The notes below the pieces were generated by a model, which worked only from the letters and a program-made list of their open reading frames with translations, had not been told where the DNA came from and searched no databases. A program made the position numbers and the translations under genes. Positions 15,007 to 24,000 of a stretch of 24,000 nucleotides of DNA are shown here, piece after piece. Position 1 is the first letter of the stretch. Each line of letters starts with the position of its first letter. The DNA is from Dolosicoccus paucivorans (GTDB lineage: Bacteria; Bacillota; Bacilli; Lactobacillales; Aerococcaceae), in the NCBI RefSeq assembly GCF_900100125.1, contig NZ_FNEL01000009.1, forward strand, positions 6,753 through 30,752, written 5' to 3'.

Positions 15007-16389
15007 TTAAAAAACAGGCGGCTCGGGTTGATATGAAAGATTAGAAAACTTATTGTATTCACGTTTGAATAATAAACGAACCGTGTCTCGCGGACCACTT
15101 CGGTTTTTAGCAATAATGACTTCAATGGTATTATCGCTCATTTCGTCATTGTCTGATACACTACTATCTTCTTCATCTTTTTGATGGTAGTCTTCGCGGT
15201 ATAAAAACGCCACAATATCTGCATCTTGTTCAATCGAACCTGACTCACGGATATCACTTAAAATAGGTCGTTTATTTTGACGCTGTTCTAAACTTCTTGA
15301 AAGTTGTGATAAGGCAATAACAGGAGTGTTTAACTCTTTAGCTAGCATTTTTAATTGTCTAGATATGTCGGATACTTGTTGTTGTCTACTTTCATGACCT
15401 GTTCCTTCAATTAATTGCAAATAGTCAATAACAATTAAACTTAAGTCAGGATGTTCTTGTTTTAATCGACGACATTTTGCTCTAATTTCAGAAACCTTTA
15501 AACCAGCCGTATCATCAATAAAAATTGAAGCTTCTTTTAAACGATCAACGGCGACAAAAAAGCTTTGCCATTCATCAGCAGTCAATTGCCCTGTTCGTAA
15601 GTTAGAAGCATGAATGCTTCCTTCCGCACAAATAATACGGTTAACTAAATCAATGGCACCCATTTCCAGAGAGAACAAAGCGACAGGTAATTTTGATTTA
15701 GTTGCGACGTTTTGAGCAATATTTAATGCAAAAGCTGTCTTACCAACAGAAGGTCTTGCTGCTAAAACAATAAGTTGATCGGGCTGAAATCCACTAGTTA
15801 TTTTGTCTAATTCAGTATACCCCGTTGGTACACCCGTCACGTCCCCCTTTTGTTTTGAACGTTCATGTACTAATTCGACGGCTTCATCAATTAAATATCT
15901 CATCTCTTGGAAACGCGTACTACTACTAGCTTCTCCAATTGACAAAATCATCTTTTGACTTTCATCTAAAATAGCTGATAGTTCGTTATTATCATTATGA
16001 GCGTCTTCAATGATCTTTTGGCTTGCTGCAATTAATTGTCTTAAAGTAGACTTTTCTTTAACAATTCCTGCGTACTGTTCCGCAAGATGGGAACTAGGAG
16101 TCATATCAATTAATTCAGCTAAGTAATCCGGTCCTCCTGCATTTTCCAATTCATCATAGGACTCTAGCTGGTTCACTACTGTTACATAATCAATCACACC
16201 ATTTTCACGGTTACTAATTGCGTCCATCGCATGAAAAATTAATTGGTGAGATCGTTTATAGAAATCTTGATCGGTGAGTTGTGATTGAACAACAGGTAGT
16301 TTTTTAGGATCGATTAAAATAGATCCTAAGACGGCTTGTTCAGATTCAAGACTATAAGGTACTTGATAATCTAAACGACTATTTTCCAT
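15007..16389 (-). CDS. dnaB: replicative DNA helicase (DnaB family; called DnaC in B. subtilis nomenclature)
   Basis: 460-aa ORF with the N-terminal SEQAVLGSILIDP motif, a Walker A motif (ARPSVGKTAFALN), Walker B (LIVIDYLQLI) and a RecA-like C-terminal domain. It lies downstream of rplI as in other Firmicutes. Confidence 0.97.
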   Translation of the reverse strand: MENSRLDYQVPYSLESEQAVLGSILIDPKKLPVVQSQLTDQDFYKRSHQLIFHAMDAISNRENGVIDYVTVVNQLESYDELENAGGPDYLAELIDMTPSSHLAEQYAGIVKEKSTLRQLIAASQKIIEDAHNDNNELSAILDESQKMILSIGEASSSTRFQEMRYLIDEAVELVHERSKQKGDVTGVPTGYTELDKITSGFQPDQLIVLAARPSVGKTAFALNIAQNVATKSKLPVALFSLEMGAIDLVNRIICAEGSIHASNLRTGQLTADEWQSFFVAVDRLKEASIFIDDTAGLKVSEIRAKCRRLKQEHPDLSLIVIDYLQLIEGTGHESRQQQVSDISRQLKMLAKELNTPVIALSQLSRSLEQRQNKRPILSDIRESGSIEQDADIVAFLYREDYHQKDEEDSSVSDNDEMSDNTIEVIIAKNRSGPRDTVRLLFKREYNKFSNLSYQPEPPVF

Positions 16390-16413
16390 ACATTTTCACC
16401 TTTTCCTTTAAAA

Positions 16414-16447
16414 GTAAAAAAGATTCCCGCTCAATTAAAAGCGGGAA
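16414..16447 (-). terminator. terminator/attenuator hairpin between rplI and dnaB
   Basis: The minus-strand RNA forms UUCCCGC-(10-nt loop)-GCGGGAA (16447-16441 and 16430-16424), followed by UCUUUUUUAC. The dnaB SD AAGGTGA lies downstream. Confidence 0.55.
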
Positions 16448-16453
16448 CTTTCA

Positions 16454-16906
16454 TTATTGTTCAACGACATGTACGCGAATTTTGGCTGGAACGTCTGAAT
16501 GTAAGCTAATATCTACGTTGTGGTAGCCTAAGGAAGCTAAATTTTGTTTCATGTGCATCTTACGTCGATCCACTTTAATTTTAAACTGTTTTTGTAAAGC
16601 CTCAGCTACTTGCTTAGGTGTAACTGTTCCGAAAAGACGACCGTCTTCACCAGCTTTTGCTTTAATTTCCACAACCGTTGATTCTTTATCAAGTTCTTTT
16701 TTAATTTCTTTTGCTTGTTCAAGCTCTTCTAGTTCGCGTTCTTTATTAGCTTTTTCTTTAGCCTTTAGTTGATTTAAAGCAGCAGGGGTCGCTTCTTTAG
16801 CTAAACCATTTTTAATTAAATAGTTTTGACCGTAACCTGCTGCTACCTCAATCACATCACCTTTTTTACCTTGTTTTCTAACATCTTGTAATAAAATAAC
16901 TTTCAT
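16454..16906 (-). CDS. rplI: 50S ribosomal protein L9
   Basis: 150-aa ORF. MKVILLQDVRKQGKKGDVIEVAAGYGQNYL is the canonical L9 N-terminal domain. The start lies 10 nt after the gdpP stop. Confidence 0.97.
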   Translation of the reverse strand: MKVILLQDVRKQGKKGDVIEVAAGYGQNYLIKNGLAKEATPAALNQLKAKEKANKERELEELEQAKEIKKELDKESTVVEIKAKAGEDGRLFGTVTPKQVAEALQKQFKIKVDRRKMHMKQNLASLGYHNVDISLHSDVPAKIRVHVVEQ

Positions 16907-16916
16907 AGTGACCTCC

Positions 16917-18821
16917 TTAAATTTCTTCTTGTTCTTTTAATACGTCAATGAGTGCTTGATAAGCTTCTTCAACACTAACATCACTCATTTGAGTCGCGGC
17001 GTTGGATAAATGTCCTCCACCACCTAATTTCTCCATTGTTGTTTGAACGTTAATCGTTCCTAAACTACGAGCACTAATGCCTACCGACGTGTCTGAACGG
17101 CGGTAAATAACAAATGATGCTTCCACATCTGTTAAAGACAACATTAAGTCGGCTGTTTGAGCTGCCACGATATTGTCATAAATCTCATCATCTGGTGCTA
17201 CGCTGACGGCTTTCCCTTTACCTAAGTACTCTGTTTGTTCGATTAAGTCATTTCGTACTTTTATGAAGGAGAGATCTTCCTTTAGCATACGTTGAATTTG
17301 AGTCGTATCAGCGCCTCTAGATTTCAAATAGCTCGCTGCATCAAATGTACGCGATCCGGTTCTTAAAGTAAAGTTATTCGTATCAACAATAATTCCTGCT
17401 AATAATGCAGTAGCTTCAAATTTGTTTAACACGTTTGTCGTGTTACGTTCATTACTGAAAAATTCTGTCACCAGCTCTGAGGTTGATGACGCATACGGCT
17501 CAATATAAGTTAATACCGTTTGACTTGGGAACTCTTCGCTACGACGATGGTGATCAATAATTACTACATCATGGCCTTCTAATAGGTCTTGAGCTTCACT
17601 TAAAGAAGGACGATGATGGTCTACTAAAATCACTAACGTTCGGTCTGTCATAAACTCTTTTGCTTCTTCATGGGTCACAAAGTACTGAGCCCAGTTCTTT
17701 TGTACTATAGGAGAAGCCACTAAATGCATAATATCATTATTAAATTCAGCTTCATTGACAACCACTCGAGCGGGCTTTTTCATCTGTGTAACGATCTTAT
17801 GAATTCCTAAAGCAGCTCCCATTGAATCCATATCTGGTATCTTATGGCCACTGATCAACACTTGATCAGCTTGTTCAATGGAGTTAAGCAGTGCTTGATA
17901 AACAAGTTTTGAACGAATACTTGTTCTTCTTTCGGAAGGATTGGTTTTTCCACCGTAAAAACGAGCTTTATCGTCTTTAGCGCGAACAACGACTTGATCT
18001 CCACCACGTCCTAAAGCTAAATCTAAGTTTAAAGAGGCTTGCTTAGCCAGTTCATCAATCGAATACTCATCACTTGAAGGATAGGCAATCCCTAAACTAA
18101 TTGAAATAGGAACGTTTCTTGCGTCACTTGACTCACGAATTTGATTAATATGAATGAACTTTTCATCTTCTAGTTGTTTTAGCGTTTTTAAATTAAATAA
18201 TAAAATAAAGCGTTCATCATCGATTCGTTTAATATAAATTTGACGCGCTTTGGTCCAGTTATTTAACTCTGAAATTAAGTCTGATTCATATCTAGCTGCT
18301 TGTTGATCATCCATAGATTCAATAATTTCGTTGTAGTCGTCTAGATATAAGTAACCGAACACTAATTGATCATATTTTCTTTTTTCGATAACGTCTTGTT
18401 CAATCGTAAAGTCGATTAAATAAAATGCTTGTTTTTCTGGATTATGTAATACGCGGTAGTAACGATCTTTAAAGAAGATTAAATGCCATCTTTTATCTGT
18501 AGGTATATCTAAAATATCATGAATATGTTCATCTAAGTTTGCTAGCAGTTCTCCCAATAAATTCTGCTGACCAAAGATTTGCTGTAAACTAGGGTTAACC
18601 CACTTCACACGGTACTCCTGGTCATATAGTAACACCGCAATTGGCGAACGATACAGGGAGTCTTCTTCAGCTGCCTGGACATCCTCAGTCAACTTAGAAG
18701 CTAAAGCATTAAACTCTTCCAAAAAGCCATTGACGTTAACAACAAAGATCGCTACAAAGGCGATAACTAAAATCAACATCAATAAACCTATTTGCCACTT
18801 CCAAAAGAAAGCAATCAACAT
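16917..18821 (-). CDS. gdpP: cyclic-di-AMP phosphodiesterase GdpP (DHH/DHHA1 with degenerate GGDEF)
   Basis: The coordinates give the ORF from its first canonical ATG (634 aa). A PAS-like region, a degenerate GGDEF region, DHH motifs (ISGHKIPDMDS, VDHHR, IDHHRRS) and DHHA1 (GGGGH) are present. The true start is probably upstream at about 18914-18917 on a non-ATG codon (see findings). Confidence 0.93.
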   Translation of the reverse strand: MLIAFFWKWQIGLLMLILVIAFVAIFVVNVNGFLEEFNALASKLTEDVQAAEEDSLYRSPIAVLLYDQEYRVKWVNPSLQQIFGQQNLLGELLANLDEHIHDILDIPTDKRWHLIFFKDRYYRVLHNPEKQAFYLIDFTIEQDVIEKRKYDQLVFGYLYLDDYNEIIESMDDQQAARYESDLISELNNWTKARQIYIKRIDDERFILLFNLKTLKQLEDEKFIHINQIRESSDARNVPISISLGIAYPSSDEYSIDELAKQASLNLDLALGRGGDQVVVRAKDDKARFYGGKTNPSERRTSIRSKLVYQALLNSIEQADQVLISGHKIPDMDSMGAALGIHKIVTQMKKPARVVVNEAEFNNDIMHLVASPIVQKNWAQYFVTHEEAKEFMTDRTLVILVDHHRPSLSEAQDLLEGHDVVIIDHHRRSEEFPSQTVLTYIEPYASSTSELVTEFFSNERNTTNVLNKFEATALLAGIIVDTNNFTLRTGSRTFDAASYLKSRGADTTQIQRMLKEDLSFIKVRNDLIEQTEYLGKGKAVSVAPDDEIYDNIVAAQTADLMLSLTDVEASFVIYRRSDTSVGISARSLGTINVQTTMEKLGGGGHLSNAATQMSDVSVEEAYQALIDVLKEQEEI

Positions 18822-18946
18822 AACAAGTAAGTAAAACGCTGCTAAACTATATACTTGAAAGCTAACGTTTAACGTATTGAATAAATGAAAAAATCGTTTT
18901 ATATTTTTAAAAATGATGATAAATCACCTCTTTTTCTATTTCTTCT

Positions 18947-18975
18947 ATTTTACCACAAACCCACTTCTATGTCCT
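18947..18975 (-). promoter_or_regulatory. candidate sigma-A promoter for gdpP-rplI
   Basis: The minus strand reads AGGACA (18975-18970), a 17-nt spacer, then TGgTAAAAT (18955-18947). A GAGGTG SD follows at 18930-18925. Confidence 0.5.
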
Positions 18976-18988
18976 AAGTTCTCTTCAT

Positions 18989-19004
18989 TGTTTCACGTGA
19001 AACA
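18989..19004. other. parS: parS site (ParB/Spo0J binding site), perfect consensus
   Basis: TGTTTCACGTGAAACA is an exact match to the Firmicute parS consensus TGTTNCACGTGAAACA. The palindrome extends to 18 bp (TTGTTTCACGTGAAACAA, 18988-19005). It is intergenic, between the rpsR terminator and the gdpP promoter, in origin-proximal gene context. Confidence 0.85.
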
Positions 19005-19041
19005 AAACAAAAAGGATTGAAGGAATCTCCCTTCAATCCTT
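19000..19041 (-). terminator. rho-independent terminator after rpsR
   Basis: A perfect 12-bp stem, AAGGATTGAAGG / CCTTCAATCCTT (19012-19023 and 19030-19041), closes a 6-nt loop. On the minus strand it is followed by TTTGTTTTGTTT. It starts 6 nt after the rpsR stop. Confidence 0.85.
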
Positions 19042-19047
19042 GAATAA

Positions 19048-19281
19048 TTAGTCTTGTGCTACGAATGGTAATAGTGCCATAATACGAGCACGTTTTAATG
19101 ATACTGTTAATGCACGTTGGTGTTTCGCACATGTTCCTGTTACACGACGTGGTAAGATTTTACCTTTATCAGAAACAAAACGTTTCAATAATTCAGTGTC
19201 TTTGTAATCAGGATGATCAATATGGTTTGCACAGAAGTAACATACGCGTCTTCTGCGACGACCTCCACGACGGAATGCCAT
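19048..19281 (-). CDS. rpsR: 30S ribosomal protein S18
   Basis: 77-aa ORF. The sequence [17 protein letters not shown]...DYKD...LKRF..ILPRR.TG.CAKHQR is canonical S18. The SD AGGAGGAAA lies upstream. Confidence 0.97.
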   Translation of the reverse strand: MAFRRGGRRRRRVCYFCANHIDHPDYKDTELLKRFVSDKGKILPRRVTGTCAKHQRALTVSLKRARIMALLPFVAQD

Positions 19282-19303
19282 ATTCGTTTCCTCCTATCTT
19301 TTT

Positions 19304-19795
19304 TTAGAACGGTAAGTCATCTTCAGAAACATCTACTGTTTCTCCTTCATTTAAGAAAGGCGATGACTGACTAAAATCATTGTTAAAATCGAAATTGTTT
19401 GACGTGTTTTGATTGCTCTCAAAGTGATTATTGGAAAAATCTGGAGTAGAACTTTCAGCTGGACGTTGTTCCGTTACTGATTTTGGTTCGAGGAAGAAAA
19501 ATTGTTCCACGACAACTTCTGTAACGTACACGCGTTGTCCTTGATTGTTATCATAACTTCTCGTTTGAATTCGACCTTGAACACCGATCTGAGATCCTTT
19601 ACGAGTAAAGTTAGCTAAAGTTTCAGCCTGTTGTCTCCAAATAACACATTGAATAAAATCTGCTTCACGTTCACCTTGTTGGTTTTTGAAATTTCGGTTA
19701 ACAGCTAGTGTAAAGTTACCTACGGCTGTACCTGAAGAAGTATAGCGTAAGTCAACATCTTTTGTTAGTCGACCGACGAGTTGGACAGAGTTCAA
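19304..19795 (-). CDS. ssb: single-stranded DNA-binding protein
   Basis: 163-aa ORF with a TTG start and AAGGAGGA 8 nt upstream. It has an OB fold (VQLVGRLTKDVDLRYTSSGTAVGNFTLAVNR), an N/Q/S-rich linker and the conserved acidic tip DDLPF. Confidence 0.96.
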   Translation of the reverse strand: MNSVQLVGRLTKDVDLRYTSSGTAVGNFTLAVNRNFKNQQGEREADFIQCVIWRQQAETLANFTRKGSQIGVQGRIQTRSYDNNQGQRVYVTEVVVEQFFFLEPKSVTEQRPAESSTPDFSNNHFESNQNTSNNFDFNNDFSQSSPFLNEGETVDVSEDDLPF

Positions 19796-19815
19796 GACAT
19801 CTTCCTCCTTCGAAG

Positions 19816-19831
19816 TGTTTCACGTGAAACA
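19816..19831. other. parS: parS site (ParB/Spo0J binding site), perfect consensus
   Basis: This is the second exact copy of TGTTTCACGTGAAACA. It lies inside the 39-nt rpsF-ssb intercistronic spacer, 4 nt after the rpsF stop and 5 nt before the ssb SD. Confidence 0.85.
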
Positions 19832-19834
19832 TTA

Positions 19835-20131
19835 TTAATCTTCTTGCTTAGTAATCATGAAACGTAAGATATCACGGCTATAGTTAGCTAAACGAGTGAA
19901 CTCGTTTAAACCTTCTTCGCTCGCAGTCTCAAAAGTCATAATATGGTAAAGACCTTCTTTGTAATCTTTGATTTCATAAGCTAAGCGTCTTTTTTCCCAT
20001 TCTTTTGATTCTAGATTTTCCGCTCCACTATTCGCAATAATCGCATCAAAACGTTCTACTAACGCTTTTCGATCATCTTCACCTAAGTCAGGGCGAATAA
20101 TATATAGGATTTCATATTTTCTAGTTTGCAT
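19835..20131 (-). CDS. rpsF: 30S ribosomal protein S6
   Basis: 98-aa ORF. MQTRKYEILYIIRPDL...RRLAYEI is canonical S6. The SD AAAGGAGGTG lies 9 nt upstream. Confidence 0.97.
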   Translation of the reverse strand: MQTRKYEILYIIRPDLGEDDRKALVERFDAIIANSGAENLESKEWEKRRLAYEIKDYKEGLYHIMTFETASEEGLNEFTRLANYSRDILRFMITKQED

Positions 20132-20199
20132 TCTACTGCACCTCCTTTTGGTCTATATGGCCACAATGTGGCAAGGAGAGTATAAAGGTATACTCACAT
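20132..20199 (-). promoter_or_regulatory. rpsF 5'-UTR leader, candidate S6:S18 autoregulatory RNA
   Basis: The leader is about 68 nt, measured from the predicted promoter. It contains the hairpins GAGUAUA-CCUU-UAUACUC (20195-20178) and GCCAC-AUU-GUGGC. A CUCUCCUU segment (around 20180-20173) is complementary to the gene's own SD AAGGAGG (20147-20141). Confidence 0.45.
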
Positions 20200-20205
20200 T
20201 TAGTT

Positions 20206-20234
20206 ATTATACGCTAAATAGCTATGGCATTCAA
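20206..20234 (-). promoter_or_regulatory. sigma-A promoter for rpsF-ssb-rpsR
   Basis: The minus strand reads TTGAAT (20234-20229), a 17-nt spacer, then TATAAT (20211-20206). It lies directly downstream of the gyrA terminator. Confidence 0.7.
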
Positions 20235-20253
20235 CACCTTAATGTTTATTTAA

Positions 20254-20286
20254 TAAAAAAACCGTACTTATTAGTTAAAGTACGGT
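20254..20286 (-). terminator. rho-independent terminator after gyrA
   Basis: A perfect 9-bp stem, ACCGTACTT / AAGTACGGT (20261-20269 and 20278-20286), closes an 8-nt loop. On the minus strand it is followed by TTTTTTTATT. Confidence 0.85.
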
Positions 20287-20295
20287 CAAAAATCT

Positions 20296-22803
20296 TTATT
20301 CTTCGTCCTCTAAGACAGTTTCTTCCTCTACAGTCTCTTCTTCGTCGGTTTTAATAATTTTAACGATCGAACTGACTGCAGCACCTTCATCAATTCGAAT
20401 GACTCGAACGCCTAAAGTGGCACGAGATGTTTGCGAAATAGTATCAATTTCAATTCGAATAACAACTCCGTGATCTGTCATAATGAGGAGATCTTCTTGA
20501 ACAGCATCATCGCCTTTACGGTCTGTTACTACTAAACCAGCTAATTTACCGCTCTTTTGGCCGATATTAGCTGTTTTGACTCCTTTACCGCCTCGGTTTC
20601 TTGGGGCATATTCTTGGGCAGATGTACGTTTACCATACCCTTTTTCAGTAACCACTAAAACATTACTATCTTCGGTTAATACATCAGCTCCTACGACATA
20701 ATCACCAGATCGAAGATTGACTCCGCGAACGCCTGTTGCTGTTCTTCCCATAACACGAACATCTTCTTCATTAAAGGTCATCGCATAACCGTCTCGTGTT
20801 CCAATAATAATGTTTTGGTGACCTTGGGTGGTCAATACTTTGATTAACTCATCATCTTCGCGCATATTAATCGCAATTAACCCGTTATTACGAATATTTT
20901 GATACTCTTCAGTTAAAGAACGCTTAACGGTTCCTTGTTGAGTAACAAAGAATAGATGCTTCTTATTACTATCGCGAGGAATCGCAATCACTTCTTTAAC
21001 GTGTTCTTCTTTTTCGATATTTAGTAAGTTAACAATAGGAATCCCTCTAGCTGAACGTCCATATTCCGGAATGTCATAGCCTTTTGTTTGGTAAACTTTC
21101 CCTTTATTTGTAAAGAATAAAATATCATCATGAGTTGAAGCAACAACTAAGGAATGCAAGCTATCCTCTTCGCCCATTCCCATCCCTTTAACACCGCGAC
21201 CTCCGCGATTTTGAACTTGGAATTCATCTTCTTTCATTCGCTTAATATAACCATTTGTCGTTAAAGCGATTAAGATTTCTTCTTCTTCAATTAAATCTTC
21301 GTCTTCAATGCTTAATAATTCACCGACCCGTAACTCTGTACGTCGTTCGTCATTAAAGCGTTGGTTAATATCATTTAATTCGTCTTCAATAATGTCATAG
21401 ACGCGTTGTTTGCTGGCTAAAATCTCTGCTAAACGGCGAATGAGTTCAAGTAAGTTATTGTACTCTGTTTCTAGTTTCTCACGCTCTAAGCCCGTTAAAC
21501 GAACCATACGCATATCTAAAATTGCTTGAGCTTGAATGTCTGTAAAGGCAAATTGCTCAATTAAACGACCTTTAGCTGTTTCACCATCTTTAGAGCTACG
21601 TAAAATATCAATAATTTCATCAATAACGTCTAGCGCTTTTAAGAGTCCTTGTAAAATATGAGCACGATCTTCTGCTCGTTTCTTTTCAAAAGCAGTACGG
21701 CGTTGAATCACTTCAACTTGATGGTCTAAATACTTTTGTAATATTTCCGTCAAGTTTAAAATCTTCGGTACGCCACCATCGATAGCTAACATATTGTAAC
21801 TAAAACTTACTTGCAGTGGTGTTGATTTGTAAAGGTTATTTAAAATGACACTTGCACTTGCATCCCGTCTAACTTCAATGACAATTCGCATTCCTTCACG
21901 ACCCGACTCATCCGCAACGTAAGTAATTCCGTCGACGCGTTTTTCACGAGCGAGTTCGGCAATTCGTTCCACAAGTCTTGCTTTATTTACACCGTAAGGT
22001 ATTTCTGTGACAACAATTCGCTCGCGGTCACGATTAAATTGCTCTATTTCGACCCGACTACGGATAATGATGCGGCCTCTACCCGTTTGATAAGCTTGAC
22101 GAATGCCTGATTTACCCATAACGATACCACCCGTTGGAAAGTCAGGACCAGGTAAGACGTCCATTAGTTCATTTAACGTAACGTCTGGATTTTTCATTAA
22201 TAAAATTAACGCTTCAATAACTTCCCCTAAGTTGTGAGGGGGAATGTTAGTTGCCATCCCTACCGCAATCCCTGATGTTCCATTAACTAAAAGGTTTGGA
22301 AAACGTGCCGGTAATACAACAGGTTCTTTTTCTTCTTGTGAGTAGTTATCTTGAAAGTCAATTGTGTCTTTATTGATATCTTTTAACATCTCTAAAGCAA
22401 TACGGCTCATTCGAGCTTCTGTATAACGCATTGCTGCAGCGCCGTCGCCGTCAATGGAACCAAAGTTTCCGTGACCATCAACAAGCATTTGGCGATAGCT
22501 AAAGGGTTGAGCCATACGGACCATCGCTTCATAAATCGCACTATCACCGTGAGGGTGATACTTACCCATAACGTCTCCGACAATACGGGCAGATTTTTTA
22601 TATGGTTTGTCAGGAGTTACACCTAGTTCATTCATTCCATAAAGAATTCTTCGATGCACTGGCTTTAATCCATCTCTTACATCAGGTAAAGCCCTTGAGA
22701 CGATGACACTCATCGCATAGTCCAAGAAGGACGTTCTCATTTCATCAGGTAGGCTTATTTTCTCATAGTTACGTGGTTCATCTACATCAAACAAGTCACT
22801 CAT
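20296..22803 (-). CDS. gyrA: DNA gyrase subunit A
   Basis: 835-aa ORF. The active-site region contains AMRYTE. The QRDR reads [14 protein letters not shown]. The C-terminal beta-pinwheel repeats and an acidic tail ([15 protein letters not shown]) are present. Confidence 0.98.
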   Translation of the reverse strand: MSDLFDVDEPRNYEKISLPDEMRTSFLDYAMSVIVSRALPDVRDGLKPVHRRILYGMNELGVTPDKPYKKSARIVGDVMGKYHPHGDSAIYEAMVRMAQPFSYRQMLVDGHGNFGSIDGDGAAAMRYTEARMSRIALEMLKDINKDTIDFQDNYSQEEKEPVVLPARFPNLLVNGTSGIAVGMATNIPPHNLGEVIEALILLMKNPDVTLNELMDVLPGPDFPTGGIVMGKSGIRQAYQTGRGRIIIRSRVEIEQFNRDRERIVVTEIPYGVNKARLVERIAELAREKRVDGITYVADESGREGMRIVIEVRRDASASVILNNLYKSTPLQVSFSYNMLAIDGGVPKILNLTEILQKYLDHQVEVIQRRTAFEKKRAEDRAHILQGLLKALDVIDEIIDILRSSKDGETAKGRLIEQFAFTDIQAQAILDMRMVRLTGLEREKLETEYNNLLELIRRLAEILASKQRVYDIIEDELNDINQRFNDERRTELRVGELLSIEDEDLIEEEEILIALTTNGYIKRMKEDEFQVQNRGGRGVKGMGMGEEDSLHSLVVASTHDDILFFTNKGKVYQTKGYDIPEYGRSARGIPIVNLLNIEKEEHVKEVIAIPRDSNKKHLFFVTQQGTVKRSLTEEYQNIRNNGLIAINMREDDELIKVLTTQGHQNIIIGTRDGYAMTFNEEDVRVMGRTATGVRGVNLRSGDYVVGADVLTEDSNVLVVTEKGYGKRTSAQEYAPRNRGGKGVKTANIGQKSGKLAGLVVTDRKGDDAVQEDLLIMTDHGVVIRIEIDTISQTSRATLGVRVIRIDEGAAVSSIVKIIKTDEEETVEEETVLEDEE

Positions 22804-22820
22804 TTACTTCGTCCTTTCTT

Positions 22821-24000
<1,180 letters not shown>

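Noticed and set aside
18989-19004. I considered the TGTTTCACGTGAAACA palindrome as a Rex, CRP/FNR-type or LexA operator, or as part of the rpsR terminator.
   Set aside because: Rex and CRP/FNR boxes have the half-sites in the opposite arrangement (TGTGA-N6-TCACA), and the Cheo box is GAAC-N4-GTTC. The rpsR terminator is already complete, with a 12-bp GC-containing stem at 19012-19041. The sequence matches parS exactly at all 16 positions, so parS is the better call.
22560-22600. I checked the gyrA QRDR for fluoroquinolone-resistance substitutions.
   Set aside because: The motif reads [12 protein letters not shown], with Ser and Glu at the two hotspot positions. This is the wild-type Gram-positive configuration.

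Overview
This window looks like an origin-proximal core-genome segment of a low-GC Firmicute with Lactobacillales-type synteny; the taxon is inferred from gene order only. Almost all genes are on the minus strand. Read in the minus direction, from 24000 down to 1, the order is gyrB (5' end cut by the window edge), gyrA, rpsF-ssb-rpsR, gdpP, rplI, dnaB, a small accessory patch, dut, radA, yacL, gltX, cysS-mrnC-rlmB-yacP, a sigH-like sigma factor, and rpmG-secE-nusG-rplK. The accessory patch holds an HTH/acidic orphan protein, a cytoplasmic GH13 alpha-amylase, and, on the plus strand, a C39-like peptidase and a CDF transporter. I saw no tRNA or rRNA genes, CRISPR arrays, IS elements or integrases. 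The most notable non-genic signal is a perfect 16-bp palindrome, TGTTTCACGTGAAACA, present twice (18989-19004 and 19816-19831). It matches the Firmicute parS (ParB/Spo0J) centromere consensus exactly. Three further points deserve a second look. gdpP appears to start at a non-canonical codon upstream of its first ATG. The HTH, acidic, Q-rich coiled-coil, Trp-tailed orphan sits next to dnaB. An operator-like palindrome overlaps the amylase promoter. I found no convincing novel multi-gene system, and most of the window is ordinary housekeeping DNA. All promoter, terminator and leader calls were made by eye and are not computed.
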